A stretch of DNA of 64,000 bases. It comes from Hamiltosporidium tvaerminnensis FI-OER-3-3. Lineage: Eukaryota; Fungi; Microsporidia. Within the stretch, counting starts at the first letter, position 1. The number at the start of each line of letters is the position of its first letter. Both the position numbers and the translations under genes were made by a program. The stretch spans positions 310,001-374,000 of the forward strand of contig JAKIMF020000005.1 of NCBI GenBank assembly GCA_022605425.2. Reading direction: 5' to 3'. Shown in pieces: positions 11,225 through 22,816 of this stretch. The notes beneath the pieces are model-generated. The model saw only the letters and a program-made list of their open reading frames with translations, had not been told where the DNA came from and did not search any database.

Positions 11225-14200
11225 TGTAATTACACTATAAAAATTACAGATTGACCTTGACTTATTAGAAATTTTGCAATAAAATACTTTTTTGAAATGA
11301 AGTCTAATCATATCAAATCTTAATTTGAGACTTCTTTAGGTTTATTTTTTCTAGTGTGATAGCTTTATAAACCGTTATAACATTATTTGTAACTTTCTAG
11401 TGGCTTTATCAGTGAATCGAATTTGATGCCGAGTAAAAAGACTGGCGTGGTTATATATCACGAAAGGCCAGTAAAACAAGAAAAAAGCATATTTTTTTAT
11501 CGCATGTAATTTATCTCATAAATATTTTGCGGTTTGAAACGCCTATTTGATCGCCTTATCAATCGTCATATTTTAATTTAATATTAAATACCTTTTCTTG
11601 TCTAATAGAATCTCGGATATTGCATATATACGATTTTAATTGTAAAAATAATAGATCATCATCAATTCTTGTTTTACCAGATTTGAATTAATCCGAATAA
11701 AATAATTTTAACTAGATACAATAAAAAGAAAAAAAATGCAAAAATAGAAAACAATGAATGTGAAAAATGAAAGTAATAAATAACATAAAATAGTTTTGAA
11801 AGCCCTTTTGGTTTGTTTTTACTGCCAATTTCAAAATACCGGCTTTTTCTTTGTAAATGTTCTAACTATGCCAGAAATTTTACTATCTTTGCCACGCAAC
11901 TTCCTATTTATAACTGTATTCATTCATTGCTTTATGTCATAATATCTTCATCAAAAAAATCTTCAAACAAGTATTATGTCTTTTGGATTAAATACGACAG
12001 TCTGGTGTCTCCAGAATCTTCTATTATTCCTATAAAAGTCATCCTGCAACCAAGAGTAATTCTTTCAGTACTAAAATAAAACCAGTTTCTGAAGTTTCTA
12101 TCTATTGGCATAGTGTTATTTTTTTTAGTGAATTCTGGATTATATTGAATACCCGATTTTTCATCTAGAATTTCTAATATTTCTTTATTTTCAGTTTGAT
12201 TAACTTCCAAAAAAATTTAAAATACCCATTTTCTTTAGATGCTTGTATTGGTTTGCACGCCAACAGACGACTTTCGATGCTTAGATGGAAATAGATTTTT
12301 TTTCATGAAGTAAACCTTGGTTTATTTAAAGTTGAATAATACCTTGACAATTTTCTTTACATTTGCTTAATTTACTTCTTTGAACCGCCCTTGGTGTTAG
12401 TATGCCTTGATATTCTATTTACCGACCTAAAATCTTACCAATATAGAAATTCCGTAACAAAAGAACAGAGGCACTCCAGATTGTCATCGGTTTATAATTT
12501 TTAAGCAAATCTTGTAGTTTCAAATAAATACTCGTTAAAAAACAGAGGAATATTTTCAGGCTTTTAATTTTTACATAAATTCAAAAGAATTGAATAAAAT
12601 TCGTAACGTTGAGATCTTATCGATTTCTATTTTAATTTGCATCATTTCTTAAAAAGATAGGGTATTTCCACGATATGCCATAAATATCACGAAATAATTG
12701 GTATGTTTAAAGAGTTGGCGGAATAATTAAAAAACACTGGTCAAACGATTCAAGACATACTTGTTCGTATTTTTTCTTACGAATCTGATATGGTGTCTAT
12801 TCCAGTGCTTATAATTCCCTAAACAATTTTGAAATCAGGTATTTTTAAAAAGCTAGTTTGTTTTTGAGAAATTTTTTCGGCGTTTGCCTCTTTATGTATG
12901 TTTTTGCCTTGTATATTCCATAATCTTTGGTTTATTTTAGCTTAGCTCCTTGTTTATTTTAGTATTTTTCTTATTTGCAAAAATAACCCAAAAGACACAC
13001 GATTTTTATCTGCTGGGCTATGTTTTATTCTATTTATTCATCTGATAGATAAATTAACTTCAGTTGATAGAATTATCTCCCTGGTATCCTGCTATAAATC
13101 TTGTAGACAAAAAAATATACCCAATTTTTCAGAGTTGCTAGTGTAAGACAAAAGTACAAAATTTATTAAAAATATTTGAATAAAATTTTTCAATTTTTCA
13201 ATAAAAAGTTTAAATAAAATCTTATTTTGTTACTTATATGGCTAAGTTCCTCATATGGGTTAAAATATCATTTATCTTATTTTCATAATGTATAATGACT
13301 GATCTTTTATTAAAATCGAACTGCGAAATTAAAACCAATAAGATGTAAAACTTGGAGTTTTTTGTGACTAAAAAATTACCTTTTAGCTATAGCTATATAA
13401 ATTCTTAATAGTATTGTTATTTAGCCTCTTTTCATATATAAATAAAGATCAGAAGAAGCAAAAACCTTGAGCTAGGCCACTAAATGCAATTTTATCACGA
13501 TCTACTTGCATTTTTGCATCAATTTTATATCTGTTTGTTTGGAAGGTAAATTTGGATAGCTTTAAGGATCATTTGTTTTAATTCTTGATTTTATCATATA
13601 TGTCTAGCCGTTTAGACATCTATAAGTTTTCTACTTAAATGTTCTCAAGTTAAATTATTCTAGAAAAAGCCTGTTCTTAAAAAATAAGTTTTTAACAAGA
13701 AAATCTAAAAAAATTGTTCGAAGGAAAGAGAGCAATTAAATTTAATCTAAATCTCTGATTCATATTTCTGTGAATGTGGGATGTATTTGAAATATGTATC
13801 TAGATAAGAAGATTTATGACTTCTTTGTTTAATATTTGAAAATATTTTTTTTGCTTGTTTGGTTTTTTAATACAAAGCAAAGAATAAATGCATATTCATA
13901 ACTTTGCTCGTATGCATTACAAATTTTCAAAAATAATTATTTTTAAATGTCAATTTTGGGTCCACACGGCCTACACTTAAGCTTTTTGAAAAGAATTTCG
14001 TGATGGAATAAATAATCTCATATACAGCTTTAATTAAGATGTTGGAGAACAGATATTTTTATATTTTATCAACACAGTGTTTCTTTACCATTTAAATGAC
14101 CCGCTTGTGTTTCGATCTGAAAATAGTTTTCTGCAACTCAATGAAAAAGTGCTTTAAATTTTCAAGGTTTAAAACAAAAACTGATTTTTTTGCAAATTTG

Positions 14201-14832
14201 TTGTAAATTCAAAAAATTGTATACATTTTAGATTTCAAATGCGTAGAAATATCTTTTTTAACAATCAGAAGATCGTTTATGTTTGTTTATTATAATTTTG
14301 TAAAATGAGGCTATTTTTAAAGGAGATTCGCCAAAACATCACTTGCATTCACACGATTTCTGCATGAATTAAAATGTATTAAAGTAAGGGTAACCTTATT
14401 TCAATACATGTATGTAGCAGCAAATTGTAAAGTGACTCGAATGCTTCTTTGCTAGCTGTGAACAATGTTCTACGGGGTAAACCTGAATTGTTTTAGTTCT
14501 ACTTGTTGAATTTCATTTCACTGTCTACTTTCTTGGTTTACAAGAATATTTTTTTTGAAATCACTTCATTCCTCGAATTTAGATTATGAAAATTATATTT
14601 TGTATATATCCTTGGGTTTTTGTAATATTTTATTAGGAATATCTATTAAGAATTCGCTCAGTAATTTCAAATGGATTGTATTTCGAGTATTATTTTATTT
14701 TTATTATTTTAAAACAATTTAATTAAGCAAGTTTAGGTTTACAAAATTTCTAATTATAATTTTAAGTCCCAAATTTCTAATCATCCGATATATGAAAATT
14801 ATTTTTCACTAGGTATTATTTTATTTGTACCG

Positions 14833-15636
14833 TTACACTAGACGGCATAATGAAGTGGTTAGATGCCCACACCTACTTCTTCTAAATAGATATAAGTTTA
14901 AGTCTTCAAAACGAATAAGGAGTCACTCAGTTCAAGAAATTCTTGATAATGAGTATGCAGAGATAAGAGTGGACACCAGAATAAAAACTGATGTTAAAAT
15001 TCGGAATAACAGACCGGACATATTTATTTTAGATAAGAAGAAGAATAAGATAATACTCATTGAAGTAGGAATCACTTCCCAAGATTCACTTCAAATAGTT
15101 GAAACTGAAAAACTTAGGAAGTATGACCTGCTAACCAATGAGTTGGGCCTTATTTATAAGTGTAGTGTTGAGATAATCCCTTATGTGATGACCTGGGACG
15201 GTATTGTGACAAAATACCATAAATCTCATCTTAAAAGACTAGAAATACTCATGAATGTAGAGGCACAAATTCAATCTATTGTACTTAAGAAGACAGTCGA
15301 AACTATTTCCTTTGATCGACGAAGAGGACTTGAGTCAGGACTAAATGCCGAAGAGAGCTGGGAGAGAGCGTCAATGGGTGTTATTATGAGATCAGAGATG
15401 CATGAGGAACCAACACCCCCTTTAAAAGAAGAGAAGAGGGAGGAAGATGATGCAAAAAATTTTAAACCAAAAAATAAAGCACCCCTTATTTCACAAGGAG
15501 GAACCACTTTAGAGGAACCGACCAATAACATAAATGAAGAGTCGGATTTGAAAGAAGAGACAATAGTGGTTAAAGAGGTAGAAGAAAACATATAAAAATG
15601 TTAAAAATATTTTAACCCAGAATTTTATTAAATAAA
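14833..15636 (+). mobile_element. 5'-truncated RLE non-LTR retrotransposon with 15-bp target-site duplication
   Basis: Open RHN...RPDIFILD..IEVG..KY frame to the stop. Flanked by ATTTTATTTGTACCG at 14818-14832 and 15637-15651. Confidence 0.93.
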
Positions 15637-15789
15637 ATTTTATTTGTACCGAAATCTTAAAATTATATGTAAAAGTCATTAAAATGGCTCTATATCTCCT
15701 GTGTAGGCTAGTTTCAGAATATTGTTCTTACCATAAAAATATTTTTTAATTACAGTTTCGACTTGTAATAACAGAATAGTTTTTTCCTT

Positions 15790-16750
15790 AATGCATAAAC
15801 CCGGCTAAGTATTCGGCTTTTAGATACCTAGCGTATTTGGGTGGGATATAGAGGCAGGAGACGAGCAGCATTGATTTCTTTAGAAAGTAAACGAAAGATT
15901 CGATGATATGAGGTCGTCTACGGATAGCTTTTACCCCATTTTTCGCGGTAATTAGGCGAGGTTTTAAAGTTTGAAAAGGTTCTCCAAGCAAGTGCATGTA
16001 GGTGTAACATGCAATGCTTTGTTGTAACTTGCGGAAGTTCTCTTTCCCTGTGAAAAAAACCCAGCATTTTTGCCGAACATGCTGTAGCTCTTTAGTGCCT
16101 CTTAAACCAATCAATTTAATGGCAATTTATACAAAAAAAATTTTATGCCGTAGGAAAGATAAATCATTTTGAAATAAACTCTGTTAGCCCCAAAAATAGA
16201 ATTTTCTCTATTATTTCTATTTCCTTTACATATCACACAAATACCAGCAGCTGAATCATATTATCAATATAATTTTCCTCATTATATTGTTTACTTATTT
16301 TAGTGAACCTTTTTTTATGTCTTCTATTATTTGCAGTAAAATTTTTCTGATGAGATTTGTAATTGGTGGTCGAATTAAATCGTTTGATGACGGAATTTGT
16401 TGAATTAATCTTGTCTTGAATATTTAATACTACTTTAGCTATTATTTGCGCAACAGGTTTTTATCAATTCCTCTGCAATGGTGTGATGTTTTTTTTACGC
16501 TCAAGTATGTTTTTTGATAGAATTCCTCGAGCAAGGGCTTCTGAATTGCAGATTCGCATATATTTAAGAATTAATTCGGATCCAAAGAGTTTTTTAATCC
16601 AATTTGTTCATCTTATGCAACCTTCTGCATTCTCTAGATGATTAAAATCCTCTAATATCTCGAATTGGTTAAATTGCAATTTGAGTATATCATGTAACAT
16701 AAGATACATTGAGAAAGTTCCGTCCCATCTTTTTAAGATATAAAGTTAAT
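15790..16750 (-). pseudogene. Possible decayed MULE (Mutator-like) transposase remnant
   Basis: WDGTF near 16720 and YMHLLG...CLYIPP in the 15788-16114 ORF resemble the MULE DGTF, FHLGQ and LAFxP motifs. Heavily disrupted. Confidence 0.3.
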
Positions 16751-17635
16751 CCAATTATATAATACATATTTTTACATTTGATTTTTTGAGATTACTAGGT
16801 TCCTATTATCAATCAAAATATTTAATATTAATATAAAATATTTAACCAAGTTTATTTAAAATTAATAAGGTAAGTACTCACATTTAAATTATTGATATAT
16901 ATCTTGCTTTGTGACCAGTAAAGTAAGTATTTTCCAATAAAGTAAAAGGTTTTACAATCTCTTGTTTAAAAATTGTAACTTATTCTCATGATCTCTTGTT
17001 TAAATGCGCACTCGCATTCTTACAAAAGAGATTTCATGAATAACCGGTAAAGACGCACAAAAGCAAACCCGGATCGAGGGATAGAAAGAAAATATTCTTG
17101 ATATATAACGGTCAGCTTAGTCTGCCGATACGCACCCGAGTAAAAATTTACATGACTGCCCATTTCTGTGCTACTTATCTTGAGCATAGCAACAAAATAT
17201 TCTAGTCACATATTTTTTTTATTTTCTTCTTAGTTTCTGAATATTTGTAAAATTTTGGAAAAACCAATCGCCATAATTTCCGTATCGGCTTGAACTTTTA
17301 TAATTGGCTTTTCTGCATCCTATAAATATATCTTCCCACGCATCTGGGTGTGCAGAAACTCCCCGTAAAGAACTTTTAATTCACAATGATTGATTTATAG
17401 AATTTAAAATGAACTAAAAATTCTTTTTAAATTATAAATGTAATTATGTTTTATTGAGTCAAAAGAGAGATCACCTAGGTGATTATTTAAAAAATCTCAT
17501 TATGAAAGACATTAATTTATATGAAAAATTCGGTTAAATACTTATTTAACCTATGCCTTATTATCTATGATTAGAATTTATATTACTTACTTTGAAAAAA
17601 TATACGAACCATTAGATGAATTGAATTTTTTTATT

Positions 17636-18883
17636 TTATCTACAAATTCTTTTTATTCTCGTGATAGTGCTAGGATGTACAAATTTTATAAAATTATAAA
17701 TGCTAGACTCTTGTAAACAAGAAAATTTGTATGTAATTTTAAACAAACTATGAGCTAATTCCTCTCCATATCCCAGAGTTACAGAATATTTATCTGCATA
17801 GATTTCTTCGTTTCTCTTCAAAATTAAACTGAAAACAAAAGTATAATCTCTTAAAATCAAGAAATATACCAAGCAAAAAATAAAAAAATTTGTAAATCTA
17901 CTAAGTTTAGAAGATTTTCTACTTCTAAAACTAAAAAAATCAATGAGAAAAATGATTAGAATATCTAATAACCATTCACAAACAGATATAAAAATCATAT
18001 CTTTATAGCCACGTGATACGTGACCTAATTCATGTGAAAACATGCTGTTTAACATCTTGGGATTATTTTCATATTCCCTTTTACTTCCGTCAATCAAAAC
18101 TAATATTCGTGTAAAATATTTAAAAACACCCATGTTTTTTACAGAATCGGGAATCTTTGATATATAAACATTGTCTTCAATATTGAATTCAATTAATTTT
18201 CTTTTAATCCTATCATCAAATAAATTTATATCAAATTTTTCATAACCTTTTAATAGTCTGTTCATATTTAATACCAATGGTATGAGAATTTTTGGCTGTA
18301 GAAATAAAAGTAAAAATCCAATTAAACTATACAATGCTAGCCTTCCAAATTTGTTAAATATTTTATATGAAATAATATACAGCAAAGGACTTATTAAATA
18401 TTTTACGTAAAAAGCCTGATCTATGAAACTATCGGGAATTCCATATTTATTTAGTAAATGTATATAATCTATTAAAAATACACAAAATGATATCAGCGTA
18501 ATACAGTTTAGATCAAGACTTCGTATAAAAAACCTATTCTCTTCAAAAATCTTATTTTGTTCAACAAATGCAATAATTTTATTTCGAAACTTATCATTTA
18601 TAAACAAAGTTAAAATGAGACACATAATAATCTCTGTTAAAATAAATCTATTAAGATAAAAAATTTTATATCTAGATAGTTCATTTTGTACATTATAAAA
18701 ATCACTTTCATCTTCTTTTATACACTCAGTAACCATTCTATGTTCCTTAAACGGATTTATTCTACTTTTAATTTTTCGTGTATATATAATTGTCTCGGAT
18801 ATTTCATAAAGATAGATCGAAATCCAAACAATAAAAATCGAATATAATAAATATATTTTTTTAAATTTCTTTTCAAAATACAT
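17636..18883 (-). CDS. Peptidase M48 membrane zinc metalloprotease
   Basis: SHELGH, EIYAD and VHP..TRI motifs with TM helices. TTACCCTTTTATAAATG start context. Confidence 0.9.
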   Translation of the reverse strand: MYFEKKFKKIYLLYSIFIVWISIYLYEISETIIYTRKIKSRINPFKEHRMVTECIKEDESDFYNVQNELSRYKIFYLNRFILTEIIMCLILTLFINDKFRNKIIAFVEQNKIFEENRFFIRSLDLNCITLISFCVFLIDYIHLLNKYGIPDSFIDQAFYVKYLISPLLYIISYKIFNKFGRLALYSLIGFLLLFLQPKILIPLVLNMNRLLKGYEKFDINLFDDRIKRKLIEFNIEDNVYISKIPDSVKNMGVFKYFTRILVLIDGSKREYENNPKMLNSMFSHELGHVSRGYKDMIFISVCEWLLDILIIFLIDFFSFRSRKSSKLSRFTNFFIFCLVYFLILRDYTFVFSLILKRNEEIYADKYSVTLGYGEELAHSLFKITYKFSCLQESSIYNFIKFVHPSTITRIKRICR

Positions 18884-19433
18884 TTATAAAAGGGTAATTA
18901 ATAAATTATATTAAAGGTTTTATAATATCAAGTTTTTTTCCGATTCTTAAATCATAAAATGTATAAATCAGCAAAAAAAATACATTAATCATATAATTTA
19001 AATGTTTATACATCTATCAATTGAATATTTTTATATTTTATTGCCAAAAAACAGATTAATAATCATTTTTTTGATGTTTGTTTATATTTTTTAATTTACC
19101 CAAAAAGGTATATGTAAATAAAATATTAATAAGGAAAAAGATCTTTATTGTATATAATTATATATTAAAATTGTTGGTTTGACTTAAGAAGCCTATATAA
19201 CATTATAATATAAATAATTTAATCTTTCGTTCTATTTTGGGTCAAAGTTAGGTTTCTATTTTTTTTATAACATAAGGTTCAATAATTTATTTGTTCGTAT
19301 GTTCGATAAATTATTTTAATAGTTTTCGATTCGTAATGAATTTCAGGGTTAATACGTTACTTCGCTCCTTGCATTATATGTATTTTTGAATTTTTAAGCA
19401 ATTCAATTCCATCATATGTTCTTATGTTCAATA

Positions 19434-19620
19434 TTATTTGTTAAGTAAGAAAGGCTTTAGCTGCCTTAAAAAATACTATTCAATGTAACTTTTCAATCTT
19501 ATTTGTTAACTAAGAAAGGCTTCGAGTGTCTTTAAAAATACTATTCAATGTAACTTTTCAATCTTATTTGTTAACTAAGAAAGGCTTCGAGTGTCTTTAA
19601 AAATACTATTCAATGTAACT
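19434..19620. repeat. ~65-bp tandem repeat, about 3 copies
   Basis: TTATTTGTTAACTAAGAAAGGCTTCGAGTGTCTTTAAAAATACTATTCAATGTAACT repeated; AAAGGC recurs at ~19450, 19515 and 19580. Confidence 0.9.
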
Positions 19621-20255
19621 GTGTTCCTTTTATTACTTACATCGAGACTTTTTGAGACATATTTTATATTCATTTAACAATACACCACCTCTGATTTTAA
19701 TATAGTATATAATTTCAATGCTAAAGATATTATATATAACTCACAATTATTTATCGAATTCTCTTACGTTTAGTTTTTTTTGTTTAAACAATTTATAAAG
19801 ATTCATATAAAAAATGCCTGAGCTTATTATAGGTGTCTTATTTGCTTTTATGTTCAAAATCAATATTTTAGAATTTTTGAATCATTAAGTAATGCAGTGC
19901 TTGGTTTTAATACCGAATATACTTTTCCATAAATTTTTCGAACAGAAATATTTCCATTTTTTAGTATGACTTGACCTATATATTTGTTTCGGAAAATCAA
20001 ATTTACATACCGAACCACATTATTGCGATTTCTAGTGTACTCCGAACCTGCTTTTATCACACATTCACCGAATTCTATATAAAAATCCGGGAATTTGAAT
20101 AACGTTTTTGTTTAATTATGTACATAAATCATATTTATACTATAGATAGCTATGTGATTGCTTTGATAGTGGCTCGATTTCTCTTTCTTATGCTGAATTA
20201 AGAAATTTTCGAAAAGAATGCCCAGTATTTTTTGCTTTGCATAAGTTAAAGCATT

Positions 20256-20488
20256 CCCTCTATGCCAGGAGCAGATCTGGCTTAGTCTATTCCCTGGTTG
20301 TCATGGTAAGCGACTTAAAGAGACTGGTCTTCTAGGTCAAGTGGTTGGGCGTAGAACTAAATACTCCCCTTTTATACATGTTTTTACGAAACCCAAAAAA
20401 TTAAACAGACCTACTGAAAAAGAAAACAGGTAGGCGGTATTACTGAAAGCAGCCAAGGCTCGTGCTAAGCTGTAGTGCCTATGATGAT
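20256..20488 (+). mobile_element. Short non-autonomous RTE derivative (5' UTR-like part fused to RTE-like 3' tail)
   Basis: GC-rich island with hairpins GCCAG..CTGGC and GTC..GAC plus GGTTGGGCGT. Ends in GCCAAGGCTCG..GCTGTAGTGCC-(ATG)n, resembling RTE 3' tails. Confidence 0.5.
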
Positions 20489-22816
20489 AAAGGGTTTATA
20501 ATTTTTTATTAAAAATGCTGAATGGCTCTATTCAGACCTTCTCAGTAGTTTCTAGAGCATATTGCAATAGAAAGGTGAATCTAGATATTGAGTAAGAAAC
20601 TATATTATATCCTCGTCTAAAAATAATATTTTGTTAAAGTCAAATTCAAAATTTTGGGTTTTTATATTTCAAAAAAAGTAAAAATTTTGTAAGATAGATA
20701 TTTCTTTTAGTGTAAATTTACATTACGGCTGTACTGTATAAAAAATAATTTTTGACAAATAAACGTTTTGTCATATACATAAAAATAGTAACGTAATAAT
20801 CATTCGTGATTTTTTTACTTCAGTTCTTTTTGTTTTATTTTGAAACGTCTTTAACCGCCAAAATAGTTTTAAAACAATTCATAATTCAAGTTTATAATGT
20901 ATACTTATAGATTGTTGATATCGCCTAATTTTCTTTTAACAAGATATTCTAGTATATTTTATTTATCGGAATGGCTTTATAAATTTTCAGAATAAATTTA
21001 TCACTAATACATTAATTAGAGATTTTGCAGTAAACAAGAAAGATAAAATACAAACCAAAGACCTTATTATTTTTTTAAACAACGTTTTGTCTATTATTAT
21101 TACCTTTACTTCTATCATTTTGTTAATTAACTATAAATGTTTTTATACTAGAAAAATCATTTATTTTACCAAAACATATCCAATTTTGGTGTTATATTTA
21201 TATATATTCTTTTTTATTAGGTATAATGGTGTAAAACCACTTCATGAAATTCTATTTACATTTTGTAGTTTTAGATTTTTACTCGTAATTTTAAAAATCA
21301 TGACTTTAATAATGTTATGCTGACCATTTTTAAATCATATTAAATCTTGATTTTAATATTGGTTTTCAGATCACTTTATATCACACCTGATGCATTAGAG
21401 GATTGAATTGGAGTTCCCCTGAATACTTTGATTCAAAACATCAAAATATATTTAAAAAAAAACTTAGTCGGTTTCGTTTTGTAAATATGTTTTTTTAAAG
21501 TAAATTAATAAAATCAAATTTTCCCCAAAAAGATTAAACTATGAGTTATTTGTTGTACAATATGTTGTTTTACTATGTATAAAAACAACCTTAGAATCTT
21601 TTTATCGATATTTAAAACATTGAATGTATCGTTTCTCGAAATAAACTTTTATGATATGGTTTATGTATTTTTTTAGTTCTAAGTTTAAATTGTGTCTTTT
21701 CCTACGTATAATTCAACCATTAATATTTGAAAAAACAAAATAAAATTCGGTCTTTTGTGTTTACATTCGGTTATATATCATAAATCATAGAATAACTTAA
21801 ATAGAAATACCGATTTTTCTCTGTTCTGCAGTTTCCAAAAAAACAGAATGATTGTATATTTTTTCTATTCTTGAAAAACCAGAATATCGAAAATATCACC
21901 AAAGAGATTCCTTTTCTGTATAAATCATGCATAGAAGCAAATATAGCATCGATATTGTATAATAGATCTATTTGGCTTCTATTTACTGATTAAAACCATA
22001 CTAAATATAACTTAGATGTTCTTGTACCGTTATTTTTTTCAGATACAGTAGATCCTTGCCAATACACGCTTTAAATTTCGAGAATTCGCTCTATCAGTGT
22101 TTGTTGTCTGAAAACTTGTGTTTTGTTGTTCTTGCTAGTCATTAGCTCTGTATATAGTTAGTTTTTCTATTACGCTGCGTTTTTGTTTGCAAGGTAAATA
22201 ATTCCTTCTTGCTCTTCTAAATTTTAGATGATTTCGAAGATATTATATCAAAGCCCTATAATTATATTATACAAACTTCTTCTAGGCCATCAAATATAAA
22301 AGGCTGATTGAACTAGCTAATAATAAAAGAAAATGGAATATCTTCATAGTCTACCAGTTCGTGATGATGGGTTTAATTTCAAAATGAGTATTTTCCCCGT
22401 TTGAAAATAATACAAACGAACTTTCAGAAAGATGCAAGAATTATATGAAAAAAATATCTGTGAAATACCGTTTATCACACTATCAACGTGTTATAAAACC
22501 AAAAAAACGGGTATTAAATCAAAAAGATTATACTGGCCACCAGCAATCCTTTTCCAACGGGTATCTAAAAATGTTTCTCTCTATTCAGCTTCTTCAGATC
22601 GGAATAGACTTCAAACTAGCACACAAGACATGCTTTAATCTACTTTTTAGATCAATAAATTTCTACAGCTTATAATATAATATCTAAAAAATTTTATTAT
22701 ACTATGTCAGGTAATATAATAAATGATAATTATAATGTATCAATGCCTTATCTTTCCTTATAATGTCTATCGATTATGTATTTCAGGTTTATACATGGCT
22801 GAATTATGTTTTAATG

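Noticed and set aside
11300-13100. Possible decayed non-LTR element (GIIEDS in the 11974-12210 ORF)
   Set aside because: Only one weak motif, insufficient to call.
16340-16400. Hammerhead-like CTGATGAG with a GATTT/AAATC stem
   Set aside because: The stem is followed by GTTT rather than GAAA, and no stems I/III were found.
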